Virus record (IMG/VR): IMGVR_UViG_3300028833_000077
Source of the DNA: a virus
Lineage: Duplodnaviria; Caudoviricetes
Length of the DNA: 64,000 bases
Strand: one strand, 5' to 3'
In this document: one piece after another, positions 45,767 through 57,000 of the stretch
How positions within the stretch are numbered: position 1 is the stretch's first letter
Layout of the letters: the number at the start of each line of letters is the position of its first letter
Notes under the pieces: model-generated
What the model was told of the DNA's origin: nothing
The model's database searches: none
The model's input: the letters and a program-made list of their open reading frames with translations, nothing else
Position numbers and translations under genes: made by a program

Positions 45767-46813
45767 ATGAAAGACGGTAGAGTACAGGTAGTTACCAAAT
45801 ACAATATGGCAGCCTTCCTCCCCAAGGAGGATGACTATGAGGAAAGTGTGTTCACTTCTCCAGTCAAGGAAGAGAGGCCTTCCCATGAGGGTAAGGTGAG
45901 GACAGTCAACAAGTTCAACAAGGCTGCCTTCATGCCGAAGGATGAGAACCTGTTTAAGTTTGGGGGTGGAGGTGACTTTTTCAAGCATCAGAACGGAGGA
46001 ACTTATGGAGGTACTTCCATGATGACGGCAGATAATACATTTAATGTACCCTTGCCGGGAGGCAGCACTTTTACTTTTAGTAGTGCAAATTATCAAAAGC
46101 CTGTATTGACAGACTCTTCTGGGTATACAAAGCAACTTGGCGGTGCAGGTGAAGTAATAAAGAGTACTCAAAATGCTCCATCATCAGGTTCCAATGGGTT
46201 CTTTGGTAAAGGAGGAGCAGGTACTGCAGCTGCTGGTGCATTATTGGGAGTGGCAAGCAGCATAGGACAGTCAGAGACCAATAAGAGGGGATTGTTTGAT
46301 GTAATGGATCCTGTACATCAGCTTGCAGGTGGAAGGGAATCTGCTGTAGGTAATGCCTTGGGAGATGCAGGTGTAGGAGTATTCCAAGCAGGTGTGTCTA
46401 CTGGTAATCCTTGGATTATGGCAGCAGGTGCTGGACTGAAGGTCATTGGAGGTCTTACTAATGCAGCATTTGGTATTAAAGAAGATAAGGAGAAGAAGGC
46501 TGCTGCTGATGCAAGCATAGCATCCAACCAGAACTTCATGTCCAATGCAGAATCATTTGATGACATCAAGGGACCTGCATCTGCCACTGCTACCGATGTG
46601 TATGAAGGAGGTTGGTTCTCTGGAGGTAAGGCAGACAGGAAGAATGCAGAACTTGCAAGGAGGATGGCCAATGCCTATTCATGGGCAGACAGGAGCATTC
46701 TGAATAATGTGCAGAACCTTCAGGATGACCAAGTTGAAAACTTCTTGAGGAACTACTCTGCATTCGGAGGATACCTCACAAGACCTAAGAGAAAAAGGAA
46801 AGTAAAAAGATAA
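45767..46813 (+). CDS. Putative ejected (cargo) protein with Gly/Ala-rich hydrophobic helices
   Basis: AAAGALLGVASSIG, PWIMAAGAGLKVIGGLTNAAFG; tandem N-terminal repeat; C-terminal AFGG plus basic tail. Confidence 0.55.
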   Translation: MKDGRVQVVTKYNMAAFLPKEDDYEESVFTSPVKEERPSHEGKVRTVNKFNKAAFMPKDENLFKFGGGGDFFKHQNGGTYGGTSMMTADNTFNVPLPGGSTFTFSSANYQKPVLTDSSGYTKQLGGAGEVIKSTQNAPSSGSNGFFGKGGAGTAAAGALLGVASSIGQSETNKRGLFDVMDPVHQLAGGRESAVGNALGDAGVGVFQAGVSTGNPWIMAAGAGLKVIGGLTNAAFGIKEDKEKKAAADASIASNQNFMSNAESFDDIKGPASATATDVYEGGWFSGGKADRKNAELARRMANAYSWADRSILNNVQNLQDDQVENFLRNYSAFGGYLTRPKRKRKVKR

Positions 46814-46818
46814 GATAT

Positions 46819-49194
46819 ATGAGTGCAATAGACTACGCTAATAGCCAGGACTGGCTTGCCTATCTGAATGGCAAGAAGAAGACCCAGGACAAGATACCTA
46901 CCACCAATGTGTTTGGAGGGTTTCCATTCTCAGCACCTTCCTTTGCTGCTGGTGGCAAGATGAAGAGAAAGAAGAGGGGCAAGATGGCTGAGAACAGACT
47001 CATTGAGGAGCCTGGTATGCCACTGTTTGCCTATGGTGGAAGTCTCAAGACAGCCAGTACTCCTACGGTAGAGCCTGTTGGAGTGTTCGACAATGGCAAG
47101 GATACACTGTTTGCCTTAGGAGGAGTACTCCAGAGTCATGGCTCTGACTGGGGCGATGGTGCCACCCACATTGATGCTGGAGGCTCCCATGAGGAAAATG
47201 TAAATGATGGTGTACAGATGGGTGTTGACCAGAACGGGGTGCCCAACTTGGTCGAGGAAGGCGAGGTGGTTTTTAATGAATATGTCTATTCCAGAAGGAT
47301 ACATCTCGATGAAGAGGCAAAGAAGATGCTCCATATTTCCAAGAATAGGGACATCACCTATGCTGATATGGCCAAGAAGCTTGAGAAGGAGTCTGAGGAA
47401 AGGCCTAACGACCCCATCAGTGCTGCTGCCTTGAAAGCCCAGATGCAGGATTTGGCAGACCAACAGGAGAGACAGAAGCAGGAGATGGAGGCTGAGAGGG
47501 CTGAGGAGGCATTCAATGCCCTTAGTGATGAAGAGAAGGTTGCACTCATGCAGCAGGCAGCAGAACAGGAACAGATGGCTCAGGAGCAGGCTATGGCAGA
47601 AGAGCAGGCAATGCAACAGCCTTCACCTGAGGAGATGGCTGCTATGGAGCAACAGGCTGCTATGGATCAGCAGATGTCTCCTGAGGAAGCAGCTATGATG
47701 CAGCAGCAGATAGCAGCTCAAGGAGGCCCTTCCTTTGAGGAGATGCAGGCAAACGTGTCTGCCTTGGGAGGAGTATTGTCAAGAGCTGGTGAGGATAAGA
47801 ACATTCTTGCCCTTGCAGGTCCGATCAGCAAGAAGACCAACCGCAGACTGCTCCGACATTATGATGAAGATTGGTTCTATCAGCAGGCTAAGGCTCTTGG
47901 TATGGACGATGAGTGGATTGAGGAAAATATGAGGAAGAGCTTTAAGTTCGATCCTGACAATGCTGAGGCAAACATGAATGCCTTTAATAATATCTATAGG
48001 AGGTTCCAGGAGGATAGGGCGCGCAGGACTTATAGGGAAGGACAAAGGAAGTCCAAGGCCAATGAACTCTTTGATGCCAATAAGGGGCTCTATAGGATGT
48101 CGGATGATGGAAAGATTCTTTATAAGGCCAAGATAAACAGTGCCAACAGGAAGGGCTGGATCAACAAGGACTATACTGGAGACATGGTGGATGACCTTAT
48201 TCCTGGATTCCTGACTGATGAAGAGTATAACAAGAAGAGAGCTCTTTGGGAAGCAGAGACAGACAAGGATAAGAAGGCCGCATTGCTTGCAGAACTGGAA
48301 AGCTATAAGCCTATAGACCAGAAGATGGGAGACAGGATGATAGGCTATAACGGGCAAGTCATCTGGGGAGACCCTGAGTTGGATAAGGACGGTAACCCCC
48401 TGACCAAGGAAGGGCTGCTTGATTCCTTTACCTATGATGATGGATTCAAATGGGATGAGAAAGATGTCAATACACTTGATTATCCTGCAGAAATGGAAAC
48501 CAGCAATATCTCAAAGCTTAGGTATGCACCTTTGGCATTCAACGGCTTAGGACTGCTTTATAATGCGTTGACTCCTGCAGACTACAGTAGGGCGGGGGCA
48601 GTGACCAATATAGGTTCTGGAGGTGTCCCATCACTGGTACACCCTGACTATAGAGGCAACTATGCCACATATATTCCTGTAGACCCATGGCTGCAGAAGG
48701 CACCTTTGATTGCACAGGCAAACAGTGTGGCAAGGGGTATCAGGAATAGTGGTGTAAACCAAGGGGCTATGATAGCAGGCCAATTAGGACTTGACTATAA
48801 TACCAATAATGCCTTGGGTCAGGCTGATGCGGCAGCACAACTCCAGAATTTTGACAGGAGGATGAAGGTGCTTGATGTCAACAACAACTTGGACAAGACC
48901 TACATGGCTTTGGATATGGAGGCCCAGAAGGCCAATCAGAATGCTCTGCTACATGCTGGGGATAATGCAAACAGATATAGGTTTGCTGGACTGTCGATGA
49001 TGGAGGATATTGACAGGAACAAGAGTAATGCGATAAGCCTCAATGCTACGAATCTGGCTGAATCTGCAAGGAAGATTGGAGAAGAGGGCTATGATATGGA
49101 TAGGCTTAAGTGGCTTAACAGGGCTGGTGTCTTGAAGGGAAGTTATTGGAGAGGAAAATATGGAGGACAACTCAGTAAGAAAGGAGGTAGATAA
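46819..49194 (+). CDS. Putative cargo protein (crAss-like cargo protein 1 type)
   Basis: GGSHEEN..DGVQMGVD..G.PNLVEEGEV, EERPNDPIS, LRYAP; several FAxGG motifs; position after muzzle. Confidence 0.65.
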   Translation: MSAIDYANSQDWLAYLNGKKKTQDKIPTTNVFGGFPFSAPSFAAGGKMKRKKRGKMAENRLIEEPGMPLFAYGGSLKTASTPTVEPVGVFDNGKDTLFALGGVLQSHGSDWGDGATHIDAGGSHEENVNDGVQMGVDQNGVPNLVEEGEVVFNEYVYSRRIHLDEEAKKMLHISKNRDITYADMAKKLEKESEERPNDPISAAALKAQMQDLADQQERQKQEMEAERAEEAFNALSDEEKVALMQQAAEQEQMAQEQAMAEEQAMQQPSPEEMAAMEQQAAMDQQMSPEEAAMMQQQIAAQGGPSFEEMQANVSALGGVLSRAGEDKNILALAGPISKKTNRRLLRHYDEDWFYQQAKALGMDDEWIEENMRKSFKFDPDNAEANMNAFNNIYRRFQEDRARRTYREGQRKSKANELFDANKGLYRMSDDGKILYKAKINSANRKGWINKDYTGDMVDDLIPGFLTDEEYNKKRALWEAETDKDKKAALLAELESYKPIDQKMGDRMIGYNGQVIWGDPELDKDGNPLTKEGLLDSFTYDDGFKWDEKDVNTLDYPAEMETSNISKLRYAPLAFNGLGLLYNALTPADYSRAGAVTNIGSGGVPSLVHPDYRGNYATYIPVDPWLQKAPLIAQANSVARGIRNSGVNQGAMIAGQLGLDYNTNNALGQADAAAQLQNFDRRMKVLDVNNNLDKTYMALDMEAQKANQNALLHAGDNANRYRFAGLSMMEDIDRNKSNAISLNATNLAESARKIGEEGYDMDRLKWLNRAGVLKGSYWRGKYGGQLSKKGGR

Positions 49195-50999
49195 TGCCGA
49201 ACTATAGTTTAGTAGCGAATACCCAGTTTCAGAATAGGAGCTTTGATGATTTGTTGAAGCCCTTGGCAATGTACACCCAAGAGTACAATGCCTTGGAGGA
49301 TGCACTTGGTGAACTTGACACCAAAGCAAGTATATGGGAAGGGATGGCCAATGAAGAGTCAGACCCTATAGCATATGCACAGTATAAGAGGTATGCAGAT
49401 GATCTGAGGAGTCAGGCTGCATCCTTGGCACAAACAGGTCTTAATCCATTGTCAAGGAAGAGTATGCTCAATCTCAAGAGAAGATATGCTGCTGAGATTG
49501 CGCCTATTGAGCAGGCCTATGCCAATAGGAAGATTCAGGCTGATGAGCAGAGAAAGGCCCTTCTTCAGAATCCCACCTTGTTACTCTCAAGGAGGGCGGA
49601 TGTTACATCATTGGATGACTATCTCAAGAATCCTCAGTTAGGGTATGAGTCCTACAGTGGTGCCCTTCTCACCCAGCAGGTAGGGACTGCTGCTGCCCAA
49701 ATAGCCAAGTCACTTAGAGAGTATGGAAATGGGAAGGCTCTTGATGGTTTTACAAAGACATGGCTCCAAGAGCATGGCTACACAGCAGAGGAGGTATGGC
49801 AGGCCATTCATAATCCTGATAGTCCCAAGAGTTCCAGAATACTCAACTCCATGGTGGATAATGTCATGGCCGATTCTGGTATTCCACAGTGGGCAGACAG
49901 AGGGACTCTTAACCAGGCATATAATTATGCAAGACAGGGATTATGGCAGGCAGTAGGACAGACGCAGATACAAACATACACTGATGAGGCTGCCAAGTTG
50001 GAGGCTGATTTTAGAAACAAAAAGGAACTTGCACGTATGGCTGCTGAAGCGGCTGCAAACAGTATGCCTGAAGTAGCTGCAGATTATCAGACCAGACCTG
50101 TAAGAACTTCCACAGAAATGGTTGAGCAAATGAAAGCGAAGGGTGATTGGGATGAATTCAAGAAGTACTTCTACAAGACAGAGAATGGCTTATGGCACAT
50201 GACTTCTGAAGGTAAGAAAAGGTATAAAGCAGCAGCAGATTGGTTCAAGCATTTACCTGAGGATGTTAAGAATGGCAAATTGAAAAATCCCTATGAGACA
50301 CCAGCTGAAGCATTAACTAGGGCTAATCACTTGGATAAGTTTGGTTCTAGGGAAAAACCATTGTATGATGGTAGGGAATTTATGGATTTTGTTGACAAAA
50401 TGGGTATTAGTTCTATGGCTGATAGTAAACCAGGTCCTGAGCAGAGTAGAGTACTTGATACATTTGTGGCAAAAGCCAATGATACATATGACACTAATAC
50501 GGCTACAGAGACTATCCGAAGGATTCATCCTGAAGATTACAAGGATGTAATGGCTGTTGTGAAATCATTGGCAAAAGGAAATGAGCTTACCAATAATGAA
50601 CGAATCAAGGAAGGCAATTCATACAGATTCAGTGAGGCTAAGGATAAGGTCGATATAACCAAACTTAAGGATTCCGACATAGCGTATGCTCAGACAGTGA
50701 CTGGTATACATGGCAACTATCTAGAGGTGAAGATGAATGATGGAACTACTCTCAATATTCCTCAAGCATACATTAATAAGGATCGTTCAGGCCTTATCGA
50801 AGGTTTGAATAACTATGCTGCAGAGCTTGAAAAGGAAAAACAGGCAGGCAAGCAATATGTGGAGGATGCAAACGGGAATATTATTCCGATTAGCCTGGCT
50901 ATTGTAAGGGCTAGAAATAGTGGGCATAAGAACTTCTTATCAAGTTTGGGTGCGGCCAAGATAAAAGAATCAGAGGTAGAAGAGGGATTATATAAGTAA
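49194..50999 (+). CDS. Putative cargo/internal virion protein
   Basis: TAATG coupling; F.D.LKPL.MY, Y...I.PIE.AY. Confidence 0.6.
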   Translation: MPNYSLVANTQFQNRSFDDLLKPLAMYTQEYNALEDALGELDTKASIWEGMANEESDPIAYAQYKRYADDLRSQAASLAQTGLNPLSRKSMLNLKRRYAAEIAPIEQAYANRKIQADEQRKALLQNPTLLLSRRADVTSLDDYLKNPQLGYESYSGALLTQQVGTAAAQIAKSLREYGNGKALDGFTKTWLQEHGYTAEEVWQAIHNPDSPKSSRILNSMVDNVMADSGIPQWADRGTLNQAYNYARQGLWQAVGQTQIQTYTDEAAKLEADFRNKKELARMAAEAAANSMPEVAADYQTRPVRTSTEMVEQMKAKGDWDEFKKYFYKTENGLWHMTSEGKKRYKAAADWFKHLPEDVKNGKLKNPYETPAEALTRANHLDKFGSREKPLYDGREFMDFVDKMGISSMADSKPGPEQSRVLDTFVAKANDTYDTNTATETIRRIHPEDYKDVMAVVKSLAKGNELTNNERIKEGNSYRFSEAKDKVDITKLKDSDIAYAQTVTGIHGNYLEVKMNDGTTLNIPQAYINKDRSGLIEGLNNYAAELEKEKQAGKQYVEDANGNIIPISLAIVRARNSGHKNFLSSLGAAKIKESEVEEGLYK

Positions 51000-51005
51000 A
51001 GGAGT

Positions 51006-54000
51006 ATGGCTACAAAAGCAAAGGATATAACAGAGACAGGCAAGTTTACCGCCAGGGATCTTCAGAAGATGAACCAATTCAATTTGGAGGGAATAGATCC
51101 CAGTCTTATTGCCAAGGAGTCTGATATCAATGAACGGTTGGCAAAGGAAAATCGTATTGGTCCTGCTCAAGGCATTGAGGATTATTATAATAGAGTGGGA
51201 ACTGTTGGGGACTATCTTGAGTCTTCTTCCCTTATTTCCCAAAAAACAAGAACTGGAGACCAGGATTATTGGGGTAGAAGTTCCTTCGATGAAGGTATTG
51301 TTGTAGGAGAACAGGATTGGAACAGACTTGGTGATATCAGAGCTGAGAACCAGCCTTGGTACTCTAAGATTGCCAATGGTGTAGGAAAGGCAGGTGTCTT
51401 AGCTGCAACTACTGCCTTGGAGACAGCAGGCCTTCTTTATGGTTTAGGGCAGGGAATTGCAGATGCTTCCGATGCTGAGGAGGGTGAAGGCTGGCACGCT
51501 TTCCTCCATGGCCTATGGGACAATCCCATCACTAATGCCCTTCAGAAAATCAATGATGCCTCTGAGGACTTCATGCCTAACTACTATACTCAAAGAGAGC
51601 AAGAAGGAGCCTTTGATTTCAATGCCAATTTCCTTGGAGACAAACTTATCAAGAATTTGGGTTTTATGGTAGGAGCTTTCTATGGAGGTATTCCTGCATC
51701 TTCTGCCATTGGTAAATTTGGACAAGCAGCTGTAAAAGGTGCTAGGGAGGCCCAGATGGCAACTCGGCAAGGAATGGCTTCCAGACTTTGGGAGTTGCGA
51801 GGACAGGCTGCCAGAACTGGTGATAATCTTGATGACCTGCTTACCAAAGCGAAGCTTACTGAAGCAGAGAGAGGTGCTGTATTAAAAGAAGGGTTGGATA
51901 AGATAAATGATATCACCAAGGCAACTAGGGCCACTACTATGACAGTGGGTGCAGTAGGTTCTGCCATCAATGAGGGTGCTATTGAAGCCTTGAATAACTC
52001 TAAAGACTGGGCAGAAGGCAGGATTAGGAAGGCCAATGATGAGTATACAGACTCCTTAAGAGAGCTTGACCAAAGCTTTGCAGCCCTTAATGATGAAGGT
52101 GTGGATGATTTTACCAGGTCTGTTGCTCAGGCTGAATATGACAGGAAGAAGCAGGAATTGGATCAGAAACATCAAATGGAGTTAGAGGCTATTGAAAAGG
52201 GTCGAGCTACTATGGGTAATATAGACCTCCTGCAAAACCTTCCCATTCTTATTGCTAGTAATGCCTATGAGCTCGGAAGACTCTATACTAGGGGTTTTGA
52301 CTCTACAAGAAGGGAGCTGGGCAGTTTATGGAATGGTCATAAACTTTCAGGAAATCTTGCCGATGGCAGTCTCAAGAGTGATAAGACTTGGAAGGGAGCA
52401 GTAAGGACAAGCCTTCTAAAAAGCAATGCTGAAGGTATGGAAGAACTTACTCAAAGAATGGCATCCGAAGGTTCTGGTCATGCTGTAGATGCGGCTATTG
52501 ACCGTTACCTGCAGTCAGGCAAAAGTGAGGACTCTAAAGTCAATGTGGATGACTTTATGGCTGGAATGAGCAAGTCTATTGCGGAAAATCTCCAAGACTC
52601 ACAAGCATGGGAAGAGTATATGATTGGTGCCGTCAGTAGTATGGTAGGCATGCCTGTATTCGGTAGCCAGACAAAGAATGCCTATTTGGGAAAGGGAAAA
52701 CCTGTAGGATTGGCTGGAGGCCTCATTGGGAACTACCAGGACTATATGGATATGGGGAAGAAAGAGCATGATATTGCCGAATATCTTAATAATAGAGTTA
52801 AGGATCCTAAGTTCAAGGCATTGTATGACTACCTTAGAAAGAATGATGACTATGATAAGGCTCTTAGAGTAGCATTGGAGAATAAGGATAAGGACTTCTA
52901 TAAGGATTTGGATGCCGAAAAGTTATTTGCTGATATCAATGCTGCAGCTTCTGCAGGCCATCTTGAGGAATTTAAACAGCTTGTGGGATACAATAAGGAT
53001 TATTCAGATGATGAGCTGAAAGACATTGTCAAGCTTACCTCAAGGACAGTTACCGCTGATGACCAAAGGAAGCAGGATGGAGCAAGGAAGTCTGAGCTGG
53101 AAGGAATCCTTCAGGACTGGAGAGATACCAATCTGGAAAACCAAGACGAAGTGGAGGACAAGTTGAATCAGGTGACTTCCCAAATTGGGGAGATCCATGA
53201 GAAATTGTCTCAGAATCCAGACCCAGATACTATCTATACCCTTAATGAAGATCTTGCAAGGCTTAGAACAAAGCAGAATGGTCTGCTTAGGGAAAAGCAG
53301 CAGATTATGGATAGGAACCAAAAGGTAGAACAGACTAATCAGCAAAAACAAGCCATACAGAAGGAACTAGATGATGTAAACAAAAGGCTTCAAGATGACG
53401 AGTCTGGTGCTAAAAAATATGAGGACAGACAGGAAGGCCCCTTTATTGACATAAATGGCCAGATGGATGTAACTAATCCAGACAAGATGCGGGAGGTGCT
53501 TAACCGTAATAGGGAGAATATGCTTAGGGGCATTGATGACTATTTGAAGATAAGGAATGATATAGACATAGAAACAGATGGTAAACTGACGGATGACCAG
53601 ATAAACTTCCTCTCCAACCTAAGATTTAAAATACTGGATTGGGAACATAGGAGTGATGATATGGCGGAGGATCTAGTGAATACATTAGTTCCTGTGCAGC
53701 CTCTTATGGATAAAATCAAGGCTGTTACTGAAGCGGAACTTAAAAAGGCAGAGGAGGCTTTGAAGAAGGCTGAGGAGTCTTTAAAGACTGCATCCGACAA
53801 ACCTGGGGCAGAAAAGAAAGTAGCTACTGCAAAGAAAAATCTCCAAGATGCAAAATTGGCATCAAAGATAAACAATAATCTGGTAAGCCTATTTGAATTG
53901 ATTACTGGAGAGCAGGATGCTACTAGGAAAGAGCAAAAAGCCCTTGATAGGGGATATGGTCGGAATGCTGAGGGCAAGACTTACACGGACCAAAGGGAAG

Positions 54001-57000
54001 GTAAAAGAGGTATTAACTCCGAAGAAGCCCAAGGTATCCTTGCAAATCCCTTGAATACTAAGACTCTAAAGGCTGCCATAAGGGCTCTTGGCTTGGAAAG
54101 TGCCATTACAGATAGACTAGTAAGTAATGTAGACGGCTTGCACAGGATTGCAAGCCTAAAGAAGGAATATAACCAGACTGTTCGAGAGTATTTAGGTGAC
54201 CCTACCTTGATCAATAAAGCCTTTGCCCAATCTGAGGACAGGCTAAATCAAAAGGAGCTGGACAATAAAGCCAAGGATTTAGCGTTAAGAATACAAGGGG
54301 TAAACAATATGACAGAATTGAATCAGGTATTGAAAGAAAGTAATGCCATCAGTCAGAGGGTGACACAAGCAGCCTTACAGAAAGCAAAGCAAGAAGGCAG
54401 TGAGGATATCAAAAACCTTATTAGTGACTTTGAAAAAGGCTCTCAATTCTTCCAAGAGTTTCAGGAACAAGCAAGCCAGCTTTCTCCAGACCTAAATGCT
54501 GCAGTATCAAGTTCTGCTGTCACCTCATGGGAGGAGGCTCTTATGGATAACCTGGATGTATATAACAGATTTGTAGAGCACATGAAGGAAAGTGCAGACT
54601 TATTGGAAAACAGTGGCAATAAAAAAGCAGCGGAGGCTTTAAGGAAAATACTTGAGGATCTTGGAAGTGCCCGGAAAGAGTCTGCTACCAATTCCCATGT
54701 TAAAAACCCTTCCAAGAATACAGAAGAACCTGAGGAGAAAAAGAGTAAGAAGTCTGGGAAGAAAGGCCCAGGAGGTTCCTTCATGAATGCCATGAATGAA
54801 GAGAAAGAGGAAGAGAAGAAAGAGAAACAACAGGTTTCTCCAGAGGCACAGCCTTATATTGACAGGATGAACCATAGCAATAATTCCGAGGAGCTTGACA
54901 ACATTTTCAGTGAAGGTCTAAAGGCAGGTGTTCCTGAGAAAGAGCTGTTTCCAATTTATTCAAAAAGGCAGGCAGAAATCCATAGTAAGAACATGCCAGC
55001 AGATTTTGATTCTCTCAAGAGTTCCATTGTAAGGGAGCTTCAAGATAACGGTCTTAAGAAAACCACAATAGCCTCTCTTTCAAAGTCCTTACGAGACCGT
55101 ATAGATGCTTGGCACTCTGACCCTGCTCATGAGAAGGTTACTGATACACTCATTAGAGAATGGGTACAAAAAGTTCAAGATGATTTCTGGGAGGATCGTT
55201 TCTTTGAAAGGACTGTGGACGATGTGGAAGAAGATTATGAGGAGTGGAAGGAAAACCGTGGAGATGAAATGTCCCAAGAAACCCAAGGCAACTTCAAGAG
55301 TGGCTATCAATCCGAATTTTATTTCTATGATGGCAGTAACCATCCTCTTGACTACGCTGTGCCTTATCCTGGAGAGGATGATCAGCATAAAAGAGTCAGG
55401 AAGATTTTGAAAGATTTTCTTGCCTATCAGTTTGTAGATACTAACTGGCTTGGATACGCCATGAAGGCCTACCCTGATGAGAACATCCCAGTACATTTTC
55501 TCAAGACTACTGAACGTGGTGTAAATGTTCCTAATAGGCCCATCACATTTATGGCAATAGAGCTTACCCCTGCAGTCAGAAGGTCAATTCAGAAATGGGC
55601 TTACAATGAAACTAAAGGCAAGGCAAAAGCCGATATCAGTGAGGGAATCCATCCTGTGGAAATAGGAGGCAAGCAGTATCAGATAATAGGAGTCCTCTCC
55701 ATTAACTCTGATGATGCTGTATCTCCTGAGGTAGCAGATGCATTCGATAGTCTGCAGAAACAGTTGCATGACAGCCTACAGCCTAAGATTACTGAGGAGA
55801 GGGAAAAAGCCAAGAAAGAGGGTAGGGAACCTGAGCCTTTTGTGATGGATGAGTCTTTGAGTTCAGAGATAACCAAGGTCTTTACTGGAAGGCTTGAGAA
55901 GTACAATGATGCAGATGATGCAGGTGATAAGGTCAGCCTATTTACCTTTATGACTTCCCAACAGGATGGCAGAGAAGACAGGAAGACATCCCTTGAATGG
56001 AGAAATGGAATTCCCTTCAGGTTTGGTGTGATCGTCAATAAAGAGCTTAAGACTTCTCATATAGAGGCAGATGAGGTTGTAGAGGCTCCTAATGAAGCAT
56101 GGTGTCATAAGAAAGGTAATAATGGAGCTATTCTTCTATTTGTTCCTAGGGCAGATGGGCATCTTTATCCTTTAAGATGTACCAGACGTTCAGTGGAAGC
56201 ATGGTTGGATTCCGATGATATTGATGGTGTCCATACAGGAGAGAGTCTGATAAAGGATTTACTTGACCCAGATAGTCCTACAAAGAATGCCTACTTGGAA
56301 AGAATCATTGAACTTATCAAGATTCTGACAGATGATAGTGATGCTTATAGTTTCAATGAAAGACTGGATGCAAAATACAGGCTTGCCAAGTTCTTCACCT
56401 TTGGTAGAAAGAATCCTATACAGATAGATGTGTCAACTATGGAGGTTATGCTGCAGTTGGAGGAGGAAGAGCCTATTGCCTTAAACAAAGATAACTTGAT
56501 TGACAATGTAATGTTGTTCTTCAATACTATACGCAATAAGGAAAGAATCAGGTTTACACTTCCTACACCTACTTCTGAGACTACAAGCGGCAGTAATCCA
56601 GACAGTAATTTAGATAGTAGAGACGTGATTATGTCTGGAGTCTTTGAGATAGGTCTAAGAGGCTTCTACAACTTCAATGCCAATGTAATAGTCAAGCCTA
56701 TTAATGGTAATGGTGTGGAAGTAAAGATTAAGACAGCTCCTGAAGAGGGTAGGGGGTTTACTCTAAACCAAGATAGGGGGGAAGATAGAAGTTATACAGT
56801 AAACGGTGTCAAGAAGGATTTCCATATAAGTTATGAGGAAGGTGTGGCTAAAATAACCTATAAGGACGGCACCGAGCCTTCAAATGAGGAGCAGAATATG
56901 GTACTGGCCTTGGAAAACCTTGGTGAAGAAAATAATAAGGAGACCATTATGAACTTTGTCAACAGTATTAAGAAAGAGTTGGGTGCTGGTTGGAACACTG

